Virus record (IMG/VR): IMGVR_UViG_3300045119_000370
Location: 53,743 to 117,742 of that record
Reading direction: 5' to 3' (one strand)
DNA: 64,000 nucleotides
Source: a virus
Part shown: piece after piece, positions 46,224 through 55,529 of the stretch
How the letters are laid out: each line of letters opens with the position of its first letter
How positions within the stretch are numbered: position 1 is the stretch's first letter
Program-made: the position numbers and the translations under genes
Notes under the pieces: model-generated
The model's database searches: none
The model's input: only the letters and a program-made list of their open reading frames with translations
What the model was told of the DNA's origin: nothing

Positions 46224-47984
46224 ATGAACCAAGTCAACATCAACCCGATGATCAACCAATTGCGGGGGATCATCATCGAGCAGCGTGAAGGCACGCTCAA
46301 CGCACCACGCACCCTCGACCGTGAAGACTGGCCACCCGATTACGGGGCGGTGCATGCGTGGCGACAGAACCAGCTGACCCGCTTTGCCAGTGATCGCAAG
46401 GTGGTCGCCGCCGCCAAGCGCTTCTACGCCAACAAGCCGGTCGCGTTCATCAATCACTGGCTCGACACCTACGATCCGCGCAATGCCGCTGTCGGCGATC
46501 CGGTGTGGTTGCCGATGGTCCTGTTCAGGCGTCAGCAGAACCTGATCGAGTTCGTCAACGCATGTGTGGCCGGCGAGACGTCCGGCCTCGTCGAGAAATC
46601 CCGTGACATGGGGGCGACGTGGGTCTGTGTCGGCATGAGCGTGCATTGGTTCCTGTTCGGTGGCGCGGTCGCCATCGGCTGGGGGAGCCAGACGCAGGAC
46701 AAGGTCGACCGGCTCGGCGATCCGTCCGGCGTGTTCGAGAAGATCAGGATGGCGCTCCACCACCTGCCCGACTACTTCAAGCCTGCCGGCCTCGACGCCA
46801 GCCTCAACTACATGCGTTGCGTCAACCCGAAGACCGGGGCAACGATTGTCGGCGAGGTCGGCGACAACATCGGTCGTGGCGGCCGCACAATGGTCACCTT
46901 CGTCGACGAGGCGGCCTACTTGCTCAGACCAGAGAAGGTCGAGGGCGCACTCTTAGAAACCACCCGTACACGTATTGACATCTCCAGTGTGTCCGGTCCC
47001 GGCACGGTGTTTCACCGCAAGCGTGAATCCGGTGTCGACTGGGAACCCGGACAGAGTACGGTCAAGGCCCGCACTAACGTGTTCGTGATGGACTGGCGCG
47101 ATCACCCGACCAAGGATCAAGACTGGTACGACACGCGCAAGGAAGACCTCAAGCAGAAGGGTCTTGGTCACGTCTTCGCGCAGGAGATCGATAGAAATTA
47201 CTTGGCGGCCGCCGAAGGCATCATCATCAACGCCGAGTGGGTCGAGGCGGCAATCGATGCCGACAAGAAGCTCGGCCTCGACATCGAGACACTGGGTGGT
47301 CAGACGATTGCGGCTCTCGACGTCGCCGACGGCGGCGCAGACAGTAATGCACTGGCCATACGTAAAGGCCCGGTGCTCAAGTACCTCGACGAGTGGGGCG
47401 AGCGGGATACCACGATCACCGCCCGCCGCGCAGTGACTACGTGTGAACCGTTCGCGCCGCTCGATCTCGAATACGACGCAGTCGGTGTCGGTTCCGGCGT
47501 CAAGGGCGAGACCAATCGCCTCGTCGAGGACAAGGTGATGCCGAAGGGCATCCGTATGCAGCCGTGGCTGGCCAGTGCCAAGGTCAACTTCCCCGCCGAC
47601 TTCGTTCATCAGGGAGATCGACAATCACCCCGCAATCGCGACTTTTTCCAGAACCTGAAAGCGCAGGCGTGGTGGATGCTGGCGCGGAGGTTCGAATTAA
47701 CGTGGCAGGCAGTCAATAATATACTGACCGGCGAACTCGATCCCGACGAACTGATTATCTTGCCGAGCAAGCTGCCACTTATCCGCAAGCTGCAAAAAGA
47801 ACTGAGCCAAGCCACTGCCAGCCGCAAGAGCACGACGCTCAAGCTGATCGTCGACAAGAACCCGGAAGGGACCAAGTCGCCCAACCTCGCCGACTCCGTG
47901 GTCATGTCGTACTGGCCAGTCATGTTGCCTGAGCGTCATCTTGCCATTGGTGGTTTCAGTGTGTTGCGTCAGACCGGACCCTAA
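46224..47984 (+). CDS. terL: Terminase large subunit
   Basis: EKSRDMGATW Walker A, GRGGR, FVDEAA Walker B, ALDVADGG.D, YDAVGVG, KSPNLADS nuclease motifs. Confidence 0.93.
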   Translation: MNQVNINPMINQLRGIIIEQREGTLNAPRTLDREDWPPDYGAVHAWRQNQLTRFASDRKVVAAAKRFYANKPVAFINHWLDTYDPRNAAVGDPVWLPMVLFRRQQNLIEFVNACVAGETSGLVEKSRDMGATWVCVGMSVHWFLFGGAVAIGWGSQTQDKVDRLGDPSGVFEKIRMALHHLPDYFKPAGLDASLNYMRCVNPKTGATIVGEVGDNIGRGGRTMVTFVDEAAYLLRPEKVEGALLETTRTRIDISSVSGPGTVFHRKRESGVDWEPGQSTVKARTNVFVMDWRDHPTKDQDWYDTRKEDLKQKGLGHVFAQEIDRNYLAAAEGIIINAEWVEAAIDADKKLGLDIETLGGQTIAALDVADGGADSNALAIRKGPVLKYLDEWGERDTTITARRAVTTCEPFAPLDLEYDAVGVGSGVKGETNRLVEDKVMPKGIRMQPWLASAKVNFPADFVHQGDRQSPRNRDFFQNLKAQAWWMLARRFELTWQAVNNILTGELDPDELIILPSKLPLIRKLQKELSQATASRKSTTLKLIVDKNPEGTKSPNLADSVVMSYWPVMLPERHLAIGGFSVLRQTGP

Positions 47985-48001
47985 CGCACAGGCACAGTCA
48001 G

Positions 48002-48322
48002 ATGACCCAGATCAGGTCGTGGCTCAAGGACAATGCAACACTGGCCACGTTCTTGGTGGCGCAAGCCGCTGCCGTGGCTGTGGGTATTGTCAGCCTCATC
48101 ATTTATGCAGTGAAGCTCGAAACCCGCGTGCACATCATGGAGACGCGCGGCTCGGCCTACACGGTCGAGAGCATCGGCAAGATCGAGGAGAATCTCGGCA
48201 AGATCGAGGTGCGGGTAACGACATTAGAAGGACACGTCGAGGCCAACACCGACTCGGTCAAGCGGATCGTCGACGTCATGACCCGTGAGTTGAACAAGCA
48301 ACATCAAGGAGAGAAACAGTGA
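48002..48322 (+). CDS. Membrane protein with coiled coil (holin/antiholin candidate)
   Basis: One TM segment then heptads; directly before endolysin. Confidence 0.5.
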   Translation: MTQIRSWLKDNATLATFLVAQAAAVAVGIVSLIIYAVKLETRVHIMETRGSAYTVESIGKIEENLGKIEVRVTTLEGHVEANTDSVKRIVDVMTRELNKQHQGEKQ

Positions 48323-49092
48323 CAGCCGAAACCGAGAAGCGGATGCCGGGTGACACCGAGCCGTCTGTAAAGGCAGCGACGATCACCACACTGACCCCGA
48401 AAGATTTTCAACGCCGGCTGGTCGAGCACGGCTTCGACTTGCCCAAGTATGGGGCCGACGGCGACTGGGGCGACGAGACCGCGAGCGCGTGCGATAACTG
48501 GTTCGCCGAGGGCACCGACCTACTTACTGATCCGTCGGTCCCGATCACACCACCAGACACCGATGTCGGTGAGGGTCTCGTCCCGGCCGATTGGATGCCC
48601 GACTGCGACATGGATAAGCTCATCATTCACTGGACCGCCGGCAGCTACACGGTGAGCGCCACCGACCGTGAGCACTACCACATCATCGTCGGTGGCGACG
48701 GCCACCTCGCCAAGGGCGACAAGTCGATCAAGGCGAACGTCTCGACCAGCGACAATGACGGTTACGCCGCGCACACCAAGAATTGCAACAGCAAGTCAAT
48801 CGGCATCAGTGCAGCGTGCATGGCCGGCGCTTGGGAAAGCCCGTTCAATGCGGGAGCCTATCCGCTCAAGCAAATCCAGTGGGACACACTGGCCGAGGTC
48901 GCCGCCGAACTGTGCAACAAGTACAATATCGCGGTGACCCCGACGACCGTGCTTCAGCATGGCGAGGTCGAGGACAACCTCAACATCGCGCAGGACGGCA
49001 AGTGGGATATCTGCAAGCTGCCGTGGGCACCGTCGCTGAATCACAAACAGGTCGGCGATCAGTTCCGCGACATGGTCAAAGCACGCATGTGA
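48319..49092 (+). CDS. Endolysin: peptidoglycan-binding domain + N-acetylmuramoyl-L-alanine amidase
   Basis: FQRRL...G..L..YGADGDWG.ET; IIHWTAG, HYH, AAHT..CNS.SIGIS, QHGEV. Confidence 0.85.
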   Translation: MTAETEKRMPGDTEPSVKAATITTLTPKDFQRRLVEHGFDLPKYGADGDWGDETASACDNWFAEGTDLLTDPSVPITPPDTDVGEGLVPADWMPDCDMDKLIIHWTAGSYTVSATDREHYHIIVGGDGHLAKGDKSIKANVSTSDNDGYAAHTKNCNSKSIGISAACMAGAWESPFNAGAYPLKQIQWDTLAEVAAELCNKYNIAVTPTTVLQHGEVEDNLNIAQDGKWDICKLPWAPSLNHKQVGDQFRDMVKARM

Positions 49093-49412
49093 TGCAGGTC
49101 TCCGACCAACTACGCAAAAGCACCTACGGCTACACCCATTGGTGCCCGGGCTGTAGGTGCTGTCATCACATCGCCGTCGACGAACCCAACGCGAGCGGCG
49201 CGATGTGGTACTTCGACCGCAACTTAAACAAGCCGACCTTCTCGCCGAGCGTTTACTTCCGCTATCTTGACCAGAAGGGCATGCCAATCGGCATCTGTCA
49301 CTACCACTTGGTCGCCGGCCAGCTGAGCTTTCAGGACGATTGCACACATGGTTACGTCGGCCGGATCGTCGATTTGCCCGCATTGCCGCCCGGACTACGC
49401 GACAAGGAATAG
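49092..49412 (+). CDS. DUF6527-like Cys/His protein (MQVSDQ...)
   Basis: HWCPGC...W.FD....KPTFSPS...CHY.L..G.LSF.DDCTH. Confidence 0.6.
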   Translation: MQVSDQLRKSTYGYTHWCPGCRCCHHIAVDEPNASGAMWYFDRNLNKPTFSPSVYFRYLDQKGMPIGICHYHLVAGQLSFQDDCTHGYVGRIVDLPALPPGLRDKE

Positions 49413-49417
49413 CCGAA

Positions 49418-52400
49418 ATGGTTGAACGTCTCAGACTGGACGCGGTGGACAAAGCCGCCAAGGGCAACAACGGCCGCGCCGGCCTGATGATGACCGGCCT
49501 CGTCGCGCCGCCGCCCCGCCTCAAGGCAATGACCCCGATGGGCGTGTCCGGCGTCAGTGTGTTGAGCGGCTACGTCCGCACCACCGAGAAGAATGCCGAC
49601 TGGGTCGGAAGCCGCAAATGGCAGACGATTGCCGACATGAGCGTCAACGTCAGTATCGTTGCCGCCAGTGTCGGCTTCTTCTTGAACATGGTGGCGCATC
49701 CAGCGTGGACGGTGAAGCCGGCCGAGGACGTCAAAGAGGGCAAGTCGAGCAAGGAAGCCGAGAAGCTCGCCGAGTTCGTCCACGAAGTCATCAACGACAT
49801 GACCACGCCGTGGCAGCGCGTGGTCCGCCGTAGTGCGATGTACCGCTTCAACGGTTTCGGCATTCAGGAGTGGATTGCCAAGAAGCGCGACGACGGCAAG
49901 ATCGGCATCAAGGACATCGAGCCGCGTCCGCCGTTCACGATTGAGCGCTGGGCAGTCGACGACGACGGCACGATTCTCGGTGTGTGGCAGCGCAGCCCAC
50001 AGACGTTTGAGCTTCTCGGCTTGCCACGCGGCAAGCTGATATACTTGGTCGACGACACTTATACTGACCAGCCCGACGGTATCGGTGTCTACCGTATGCT
50101 GGCCGAGCCGTTCAATCGGCTGAAGCAGTATCTCGAACTCGAAGCCCGCGCCTATGAGCGCGACATGCGTGGCATCCCGATTGGCCGCGCCCCGATCACT
50201 GCGATCAGGCAGATGGTCAAGGAAGGCCGCCTGACCGACAAGGAGGGCGAGGGCCTGTTGCAGGGCATCCGCGATTTCATCACCACGCAGGTGCGCGACA
50301 AGAACACGTCGCTGCTGATGGATTCGCTGCCTTACGAGAACCAGACCGCCGACGGCCTGACGATTGCCGGCACCCAGCAGTGGGACGTCAGCCTGTTGTC
50401 GGGCGGCGTCAGTGGCTTCGCCGACATGGCCAAGGCCATCGACCGGCTACAGCGCGAGATCGCGAGGATCATCGGTACTGAGCATTTGATGATGGGCGAT
50501 CAGGGCGGCAACCGTGCCCTCTCCGAGGACAAGAGCCGCAACCTCTACCTCATCGCCAATGCCGTGCTCGCCAACATCGCCGATGCGATGAACCACGACG
50601 TCATCGATCCGGTCTGGTCGTTGAACGGCTTCGATCCCAAGCTCAAGCCGAAGTTCAGCACCGAGGACGTCGCCTTCAAGAACGCGCAAGAGATCGCCAC
50701 GGCGCTGCAAGCGATGGCGGCGGCCGGCGCTGTGCTCCAGCCCAACGACCCGGCCATCGACGACGTCCGCGACTTGCTCGGCATCGCCAAAGCACCCGAG
50801 ATGACGCCGGCACAGATCGGCATGATGCAGGGAGCCGCCGCTGGCGCGCCCGGAGCGCCCGGCGCTGCCGGTGGACCGTTCGGGGCCAAGAAACCACCCC
50901 AGCCCGCTCCTACCCCGGCGGCCGGGGCCAACGGCAAGGCACCGGGCAGGGGCAGTCCTCCCCAACTCGACGATGCCAAGCAGCAACAGGTCGCAGATAC
51001 AACCGACAGTCAGTCGAAGCGGCCCGGTCAGAAGCCGGTGCCGACCAAGAAGCGCTGGGACGAGTACGACGAGTTCAGGAAGTACAATCACTACCACGGC
51101 GAGCACGGCTACTTCGCGTCTGGTTCCGGCGACCCGACGAGCACGGCCGGCTGGGGCGGTAGCGGCCCGGGCGGCTCACTGAGCATCGACGACTACGCCA
51201 ACCAAGCGATGGGCAATCTCGGTCGTACCAGCCGCACGGCACAGGGTGTGCTCGACACCTCGTCGAGCGCCGGCAAGGAGGACAAGTTGGTCGCCGGCCT
51301 GACCGGCGAGCACGCCGCGATGCAGGCCAAGCAGAACTTCGAAGGGGCGATCCGCGATCTCTACTACGAGCGCAACGACGTCCCCGACCGCTGGCGCGAC
51401 ATGGAGGTGCGTGTCGACAAGCTCGCCGAGGACATCAATCAGGGCATCGTGCGTCCGGGCGAGGTCAACCGCACACTCGAAACCAAGTTCCCCAACCAGA
51501 CCAGTGCACTCGATCTGCCGATTGCCAAGAAGCAGTTCGCGCAGGAATTGACCGACCGGCTACGTGATCCGCACGCCGATCCGGTCGAGACCGCCGCGTG
51601 GATCGAGTGGCGCGCCAACATCATGGACCATTTCTGGTCGGACGGTGTCGGCAAGACCTCGAAGGCGCTGGCGGCATTGCCGCTGATGCGCGCCGGCATC
51701 GCACTGCCCAACTACCCCGACAACAAAGTATTTTATGGCTACGCGCCCAAGACCAAGGTCGACCCGCGCAACGGCGGCAGTGCCTATCTCGGCAGCGAGT
51801 GGAAGAAGTTCAACGATTACTATCACACACTGATCCCGGTCAGGAAGTACAATCCGAACCACGTTCCGGCTGGCTCACCGGAAGGCGGACAGTTCGCGCC
51901 GAAGGACGGGCAACTCGAACTGCCGTTCGAATCGCGGGCGCTGGTGCCGGCGGAATCGCATGCACTGGTGCCGATGGAGTCCGGGCCGAACGCAAACAGT
52001 CTGGCGACCCAGCTGCCGGCGGCCGCCAACGACAATCTGCCGGTTTCACGCAAAGACCCGGAAGCTTCGCTTAAGACGAGGCAGTGGCTGGCCTTGAACG
52101 CGCGCCGGAAGCTGGCCGACGGTTTGTCCAGCGTCAAGGAGGTCGGGGCGGAACTGGGTGCAAGTACGGCGCGCGAGTTCGCGGTTATCGCGGCGGTCGA
52201 CATGGTCATGCATGCTGTCGTCCCGGTCCTGCCCGAGCCGTTCGGTGCACTGACGGCGGCGGCGTTGACCGCGACCGTCGGCAAGATCGCTACCAAGCTC
52301 GGCGTTACCGAGGAGAACATCCGTCACGGTCTGAGGGCCGGGATCAACAAGCTCATCGAGTTCCGCAAGTCGCAGCTGACACTCGGTCGTTTGCGGGCGG

Positions 52401-55400
52401 TCCCGGCAGGCGCGGTCGTCGATCTGGACAGAGGTCGCATCCTGACCAAGGGCGACGAGGACATTGGCCTGTTCTTCCTTTTCAAGGACGACAACGCGGC
52501 CGGACCAGACGACGCCATCTTGCAGTGGCTGTATGCGATCAACGACATGCTCGACCATCCAACGCCGGCACAGCGTGACCCGGCGACACAGCCGGCCGCC
52601 AATGCCACCGTGCACGTCAATCGTCTGCATGACGTCACCGACATGACCGTCAAGTACAATCACGAGCATGATCCGAAGAGTGGCGAGTTCGCCCCGACCG
52701 GCGAAGGCGAGGTCAGTGGTGGCGGCGGGGCTGAACTGACTGGCACCGCGCAGTGGGTGCGCCCGAGCGAAGCCAACATGCGGCAGGAGTACAAGGTCGA
52801 GTACCAGCATCACTTCAAGGATGCGCACGGTGACATGTTCCCGAACGAGCAGGACTTCGTCGATGCGGTCAAGGCCGCGCCGACGGTGACTGTCGACCGT
52901 GCTCTCGACGGTCGCATCAGCAACCGCAGCCAGACCTCCAGCATGAGCAGTCTGCTCGGTCTGATCCGGGGCTACCGCTCCTATCCCAAGTTCAGGAACG
53001 AGAAAACACTGACGGCACTGGAAGACCGCATCAAGACCGGCAAGCCTACCGACATGGCGATTGTCACCAAGGACGGCAACAGTATGCGCGTGCTCAGTGG
53101 CAACACGCGCATGGACATCGGCTTCATGCATAACGACCGGGTCAAGGTGGTCATGCTCGATGTCGGCAAGTACCGTAAGTACAACGAGAAGCACCAGCCG
53201 GGTGGCTCGCCCCAAGGTGGAGAGTTCGCGCCGAAGGACGGCGGTGAGGGCGGCGGCGTCGGTGGAGGCAAAAACTACGGACTGGTCCCCGGCGACGTCC
53301 AGAAGTTCCACGAACTCAAGTCGCAGTGGGCCAAGGTCAACAACAATCTCTTGACCCACATCGATCACCCGGATTCGCCGGAAGCGCAGATCGCGATGCA
53401 CGAGATGGAGCGCATCTCGAAGGAGATCGGTCAGCTGCATGCTGATCCCGGTGGCCCGGAAGGCATCGGTCTCCCCGGCGGTCCCCGTGACGTGACGATT
53501 ATCGGCGCAGGTCCGGGCGGTCTGGCAGCGAGCATCTTCGGTGGGGCCGAGGGTCTCGATACACTGATTGTCGAGAAGAACGTCGAGGCCGGCGGACAGG
53601 CACGCTACTCGTCGCGCATCGAGAACTTCCCCGGCTTCCCGGTCGGTGTGACCGGCGAGACCCTGACCAGCAATATGTTCGAGCAGTCGGCGCGTCTCGG
53701 TGCCGAGAACAAGCTCGGTGTCAGTGTCACCGGCATGACCGTTGATCCGATCACCGGGATGAAGACGCTGACGATGTCGGACGGCACCTCCGTCGACAGC
53801 CGCACGGTCATACTGGCCGGCGGCGTCGAGTTCCGCCAGCCCGACTTCCCCGGTGCGGATGGGTCGGGCGTGTTCGTCGGCGACGGCAAGAAGCTGGCCG
53901 AGGAGAGCGTCGGCGGCACTGCCGTGGTGCTCGGCGGCTCGAATGGCGCGGCACAGGCTGCACTGGGCGCAGCGACGCAAGCCGATCAGGTCTACCTGAT
54001 CTCGCGCAGCCCAATCGCCAAGGGCATGAGCGACTACCAAGTCAGTGCACTGGGCAACCAGCCGAAGGTCACGGTCCTAGAGAACGACGGCATCGCCAGT
54101 CTCAACCGCGATGCGGCGGGCAACCCGGTGAGCATCACCACCAAGAGCGGGCAGACGATCTCGACCAAGGCGGTCGGTGTGTTCACTGGCAGTGTGCCGT
54201 CGACGAACTGGCTACCGTCAGGAATTAGTCGCAACAAGGCCGGCATGGTGACCACCGACCGGAACCTGCAAACCAGTATTCCGGGTGTGTTCGCGGTCGG
54301 CGACATGCGCGAGGGAGCCATCGGCAGAATCGGTGTCGCGGTCGGCGAGGGGCAGCTGGCACTGCGTGAAGCGCACGTCTATCTGGAAGACAGCCGGAAA
54401 GCGCAGGCCAAGCTCGACGTGGCGATTGCCCACGACGACACGCACAAGGCGGCCCAAACGTTCAACGCCTCCGATCTGCTCACACGGCTGTTTGCCATCG
54501 ACCGCGCCAATCCGTGGTTCGGGCAGACGGTCGAGGACGTCAAGCCGCCGGTCAAGAAGTACAACGAGAAGCATCAGCCGGGCGGTTCACCTGAAGGCGG
54601 ACAGTTCGCGCCGAAGGACGGCGGCGGTGAGGGCGGCGGTAGCGCCGAGGGCGGCCACAAGGTCAACAGCGCAGGCGAACTGGTAGGCTACGTCCCGAAG
54701 CCCGTCAGTTCGGCCAGCGAATTGTACGAGCGCACACGTGATCCCAGTGCCACCCCGGAGAGCGTCATGGCAATCGCCGGTCCCGATGTCGCCGCCAAGG
54801 CCGCCGAGGCCGAGCGGCGGCTGAAAGACGATGTGGCGACGCAGACCAAGTTCTTGGGCAAGGACGGCAAGTACATTCCCACGCGCGAGGCCCTGCACAA
54901 CGACATCCTGCACAACGGTGGCATTGACAGCAAAGGCAAGCGCACTGCATGGACCGGCTTCACTCCCGAGGCGATTGCCAATGCAAGGCCGGCAGAAGGC
55001 GAACAGAAGACGCTGTACGTGTTGGGTGGACGTGGCGGGGCCGGCAAGAGTTGGTTCTCGAAATCGCCCGACAGCCCCTTCGACGCTTCCAAGACGATGT
55101 ACATCAACAGCGACGACTTCAAGGAATCGTTGCCCGAGTACGCGGGCTGGAACGCCGGCTCGGTACACGAGGAGGCCAGCGACATAGCCAACCGTGCGCA
55201 TGAGTGGGCGCGCAACGCCGGCCTCAACGTCACCTTCGACGCCACCCTCAAATCGAGCGGCTCGGTCAGTAAGCTGATCTCGGATTATGAGAAGGCCGGT
55301 TACAAGATCGAGGGCTACTTCATGCACACTGCGCCACAGGTTAGTGCGGTGCGCGCCATGCACCGCTTCAATCACACTGGCAGGTACGTGCCGGCGAAAT

Positions 55401-55525
55401 ACATATTGGGCAGCACGTCCAACGAGGCAACGTTCGACTCGATGCGGACGCGCTTCAGTAAGTGGGCGGTTTATGATAACAACACCGGCAGAGGCCCGGT
55501 CAAGGTGGCCGAGAACAAGAGGTGA
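49418..55525 (+). CDS. Portal protein fused to five motif-delimited effector modules (2035 aa)
   Basis: N-terminal ~470 aa portal-like (DUF935/Mu gp29-type pattern, located after TerL); one uninterrupted frame through Fic-like, unknown, ParB-like, TrxR-like and zeta-like domains; AAGGA RBS before 49418. Confidence 0.85.
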   Translation: MVERLRLDAVDKAAKGNNGRAGLMMTGLVAPPPRLKAMTPMGVSGVSVLSGYVRTTEKNADWVGSRKWQTIADMSVNVSIVAASVGFFLNMVAHPAWTVKPAEDVKEGKSSKEAEKLAEFVHEVINDMTTPWQRVVRRSAMYRFNGFGIQEWIAKKRDDGKIGIKDIEPRPPFTIERWAVDDDGTILGVWQRSPQTFELLGLPRGKLIYLVDDTYTDQPDGIGVYRMLAEPFNRLKQYLELEARAYERDMRGIPIGRAPITAIRQMVKEGRLTDKEGEGLLQGIRDFITTQVRDKNTSLLMDSLPYENQTADGLTIAGTQQWDVSLLSGGVSGFADMAKAIDRLQREIARIIGTEHLMMGDQGGNRALSEDKSRNLYLIANAVLANIADAMNHDVIDPVWSLNGFDPKLKPKFSTEDVAFKNAQEIATALQAMAAAGAVLQPNDPAIDDVRDLLGIAKAPEMTPAQIGMMQGAAAGAPGAPGAAGGPFGAKKPPQPAPTPAAGANGKAPGRGSPPQLDDAKQQQVADTTDSQSKRPGQKPVPTKKRWDEYDEFRKYNHYHGEHGYFASGSGDPTSTAGWGGSGPGGSLSIDDYANQAMGNLGRTSRTAQGVLDTSSSAGKEDKLVAGLTGEHAAMQAKQNFEGAIRDLYYERNDVPDRWRDMEVRVDKLAEDINQGIVRPGEVNRTLETKFPNQTSALDLPIAKKQFAQELTDRLRDPHADPVETAAWIEWRANIMDHFWSDGVGKTSKALAALPLMRAGIALPNYPDNKVFYGYAPKTKVDPRNGGSAYLGSEWKKFNDYYHTLIPVRKYNPNHVPAGSPEGGQFAPKDGQLELPFESRALVPAESHALVPMESGPNANSLATQLPAAANDNLPVSRKDPEASLKTRQWLALNARRKLADGLSSVKEVGAELGASTAREFAVIAAVDMVMHAVVPVLPEPFGALTAAALTATVGKIATKLGVTEENIRHGLRAGINKLIEFRKSQLTLGRLRAVPAGAVVDLDRGRILTKGDEDIGLFFLFKDDNAAGPDDAILQWLYAINDMLDHPTPAQRDPATQPAANATVHVNRLHDVTDMTVKYNHEHDPKSGEFAPTGEGEVSGGGGAELTGTAQWVRPSEANMRQEYKVEYQHHFKDAHGDMFPNEQDFVDAVKAAPTVTVDRALDGRISNRSQTSSMSSLLGLIRGYRSYPKFRNEKTLTALEDRIKTGKPTDMAIVTKDGNSMRVLSGNTRMDIGFMHNDRVKVVMLDVGKYRKYNEKHQPGGSPQGGEFAPKDGGEGGGVGGGKNYGLVPGDVQKFHELKSQWAKVNNNLLTHIDHPDSPEAQIAMHEMERISKEIGQLHADPGGPEGIGLPGGPRDVTIIGAGPGGLAASIFGGAEGLDTLIVEKNVEAGGQARYSSRIENFPGFPVGVTGETLTSNMFEQSARLGAENKLGVSVTGMTVDPITGMKTLTMSDGTSVDSRTVILAGGVEFRQPDFPGADGSGVFVGDGKKLAEESVGGTAVVLGGSNGAAQAALGAATQADQVYLISRSPIAKGMSDYQVSALGNQPKVTVLENDGIASLNRDAAGNPVSITTKSGQTISTKAVGVFTGSVPSTNWLPSGISRNKAGMVTTDRNLQTSIPGVFAVGDMREGAIGRIGVAVGEGQLALREAHVYLEDSRKAQAKLDVAIAHDDTHKAAQTFNASDLLTRLFAIDRANPWFGQTVEDVKPPVKKYNEKHQPGGSPEGGQFAPKDGGGEGGGSAEGGHKVNSAGELVGYVPKPVSSASELYERTRDPSATPESVMAIAGPDVAAKAAEAERRLKDDVATQTKFLGKDGKYIPTREALHNDILHNGGIDSKGKRTAWTGFTPEAIANARPAEGEQKTLYVLGGRGGAGKSWFSKSPDSPFDASKTMYINSDDFKESLPEYAGWNAGSVHEEASDIANRAHEWARNAGLNVTFDATLKSSGSVSKLISDYEKAGYKIEGYFMHTAPQVSAVRAMHRFNHTGRYVPAKYILGSTSNEATFDSMRTRFSKWAVYDNNTGRGPVKVAENKR
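51080..51844 (+). other. Module 1: Fic/Doc-like domain
   Basis: HFWSDGVGKTSK at 51629 versus Fic HPFxDGNGRxxR. Confidence 0.6.
52652..53176 (+). other. Module 3: ParB/Srx-like domain
   Basis: AIV......RVLSGNTRM (SGNTR at 53096). Confidence 0.5.
53177..54556 (+). other. Module 4: thioredoxin-reductase-like flavoprotein
   Basis: DVTIIGAGPGGL, IENFPGF, VLGGSNGA, TSIPGVFAVGD, AVGEG. Confidence 0.9.
54557..55525 (+). other. Module 5: zeta-toxin-like P-loop kinase
   Basis: GGRGGAGKS at 55025, INSDDFK, FDATLK, R...TGRYVP, WAVYDN. Confidence 0.8.
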
Positions 55526-55529
55526 GCCG

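Noticed and set aside
49340-49417. Track start of the portal ORF at 49340
   Set aside because: Overlaps the upstream gene; ATG 49418 has an AAGGA RBS and follows the upstream stop.
52046-54040. 664-aa minus-strand ORF, and similar long antisense ORFs (2430-3587, 11549-12913, 12930-14180, 56649-57806)
   Set aside because: Shadow frames of GC3-rich genes on the opposite strand; no motifs or RBS.
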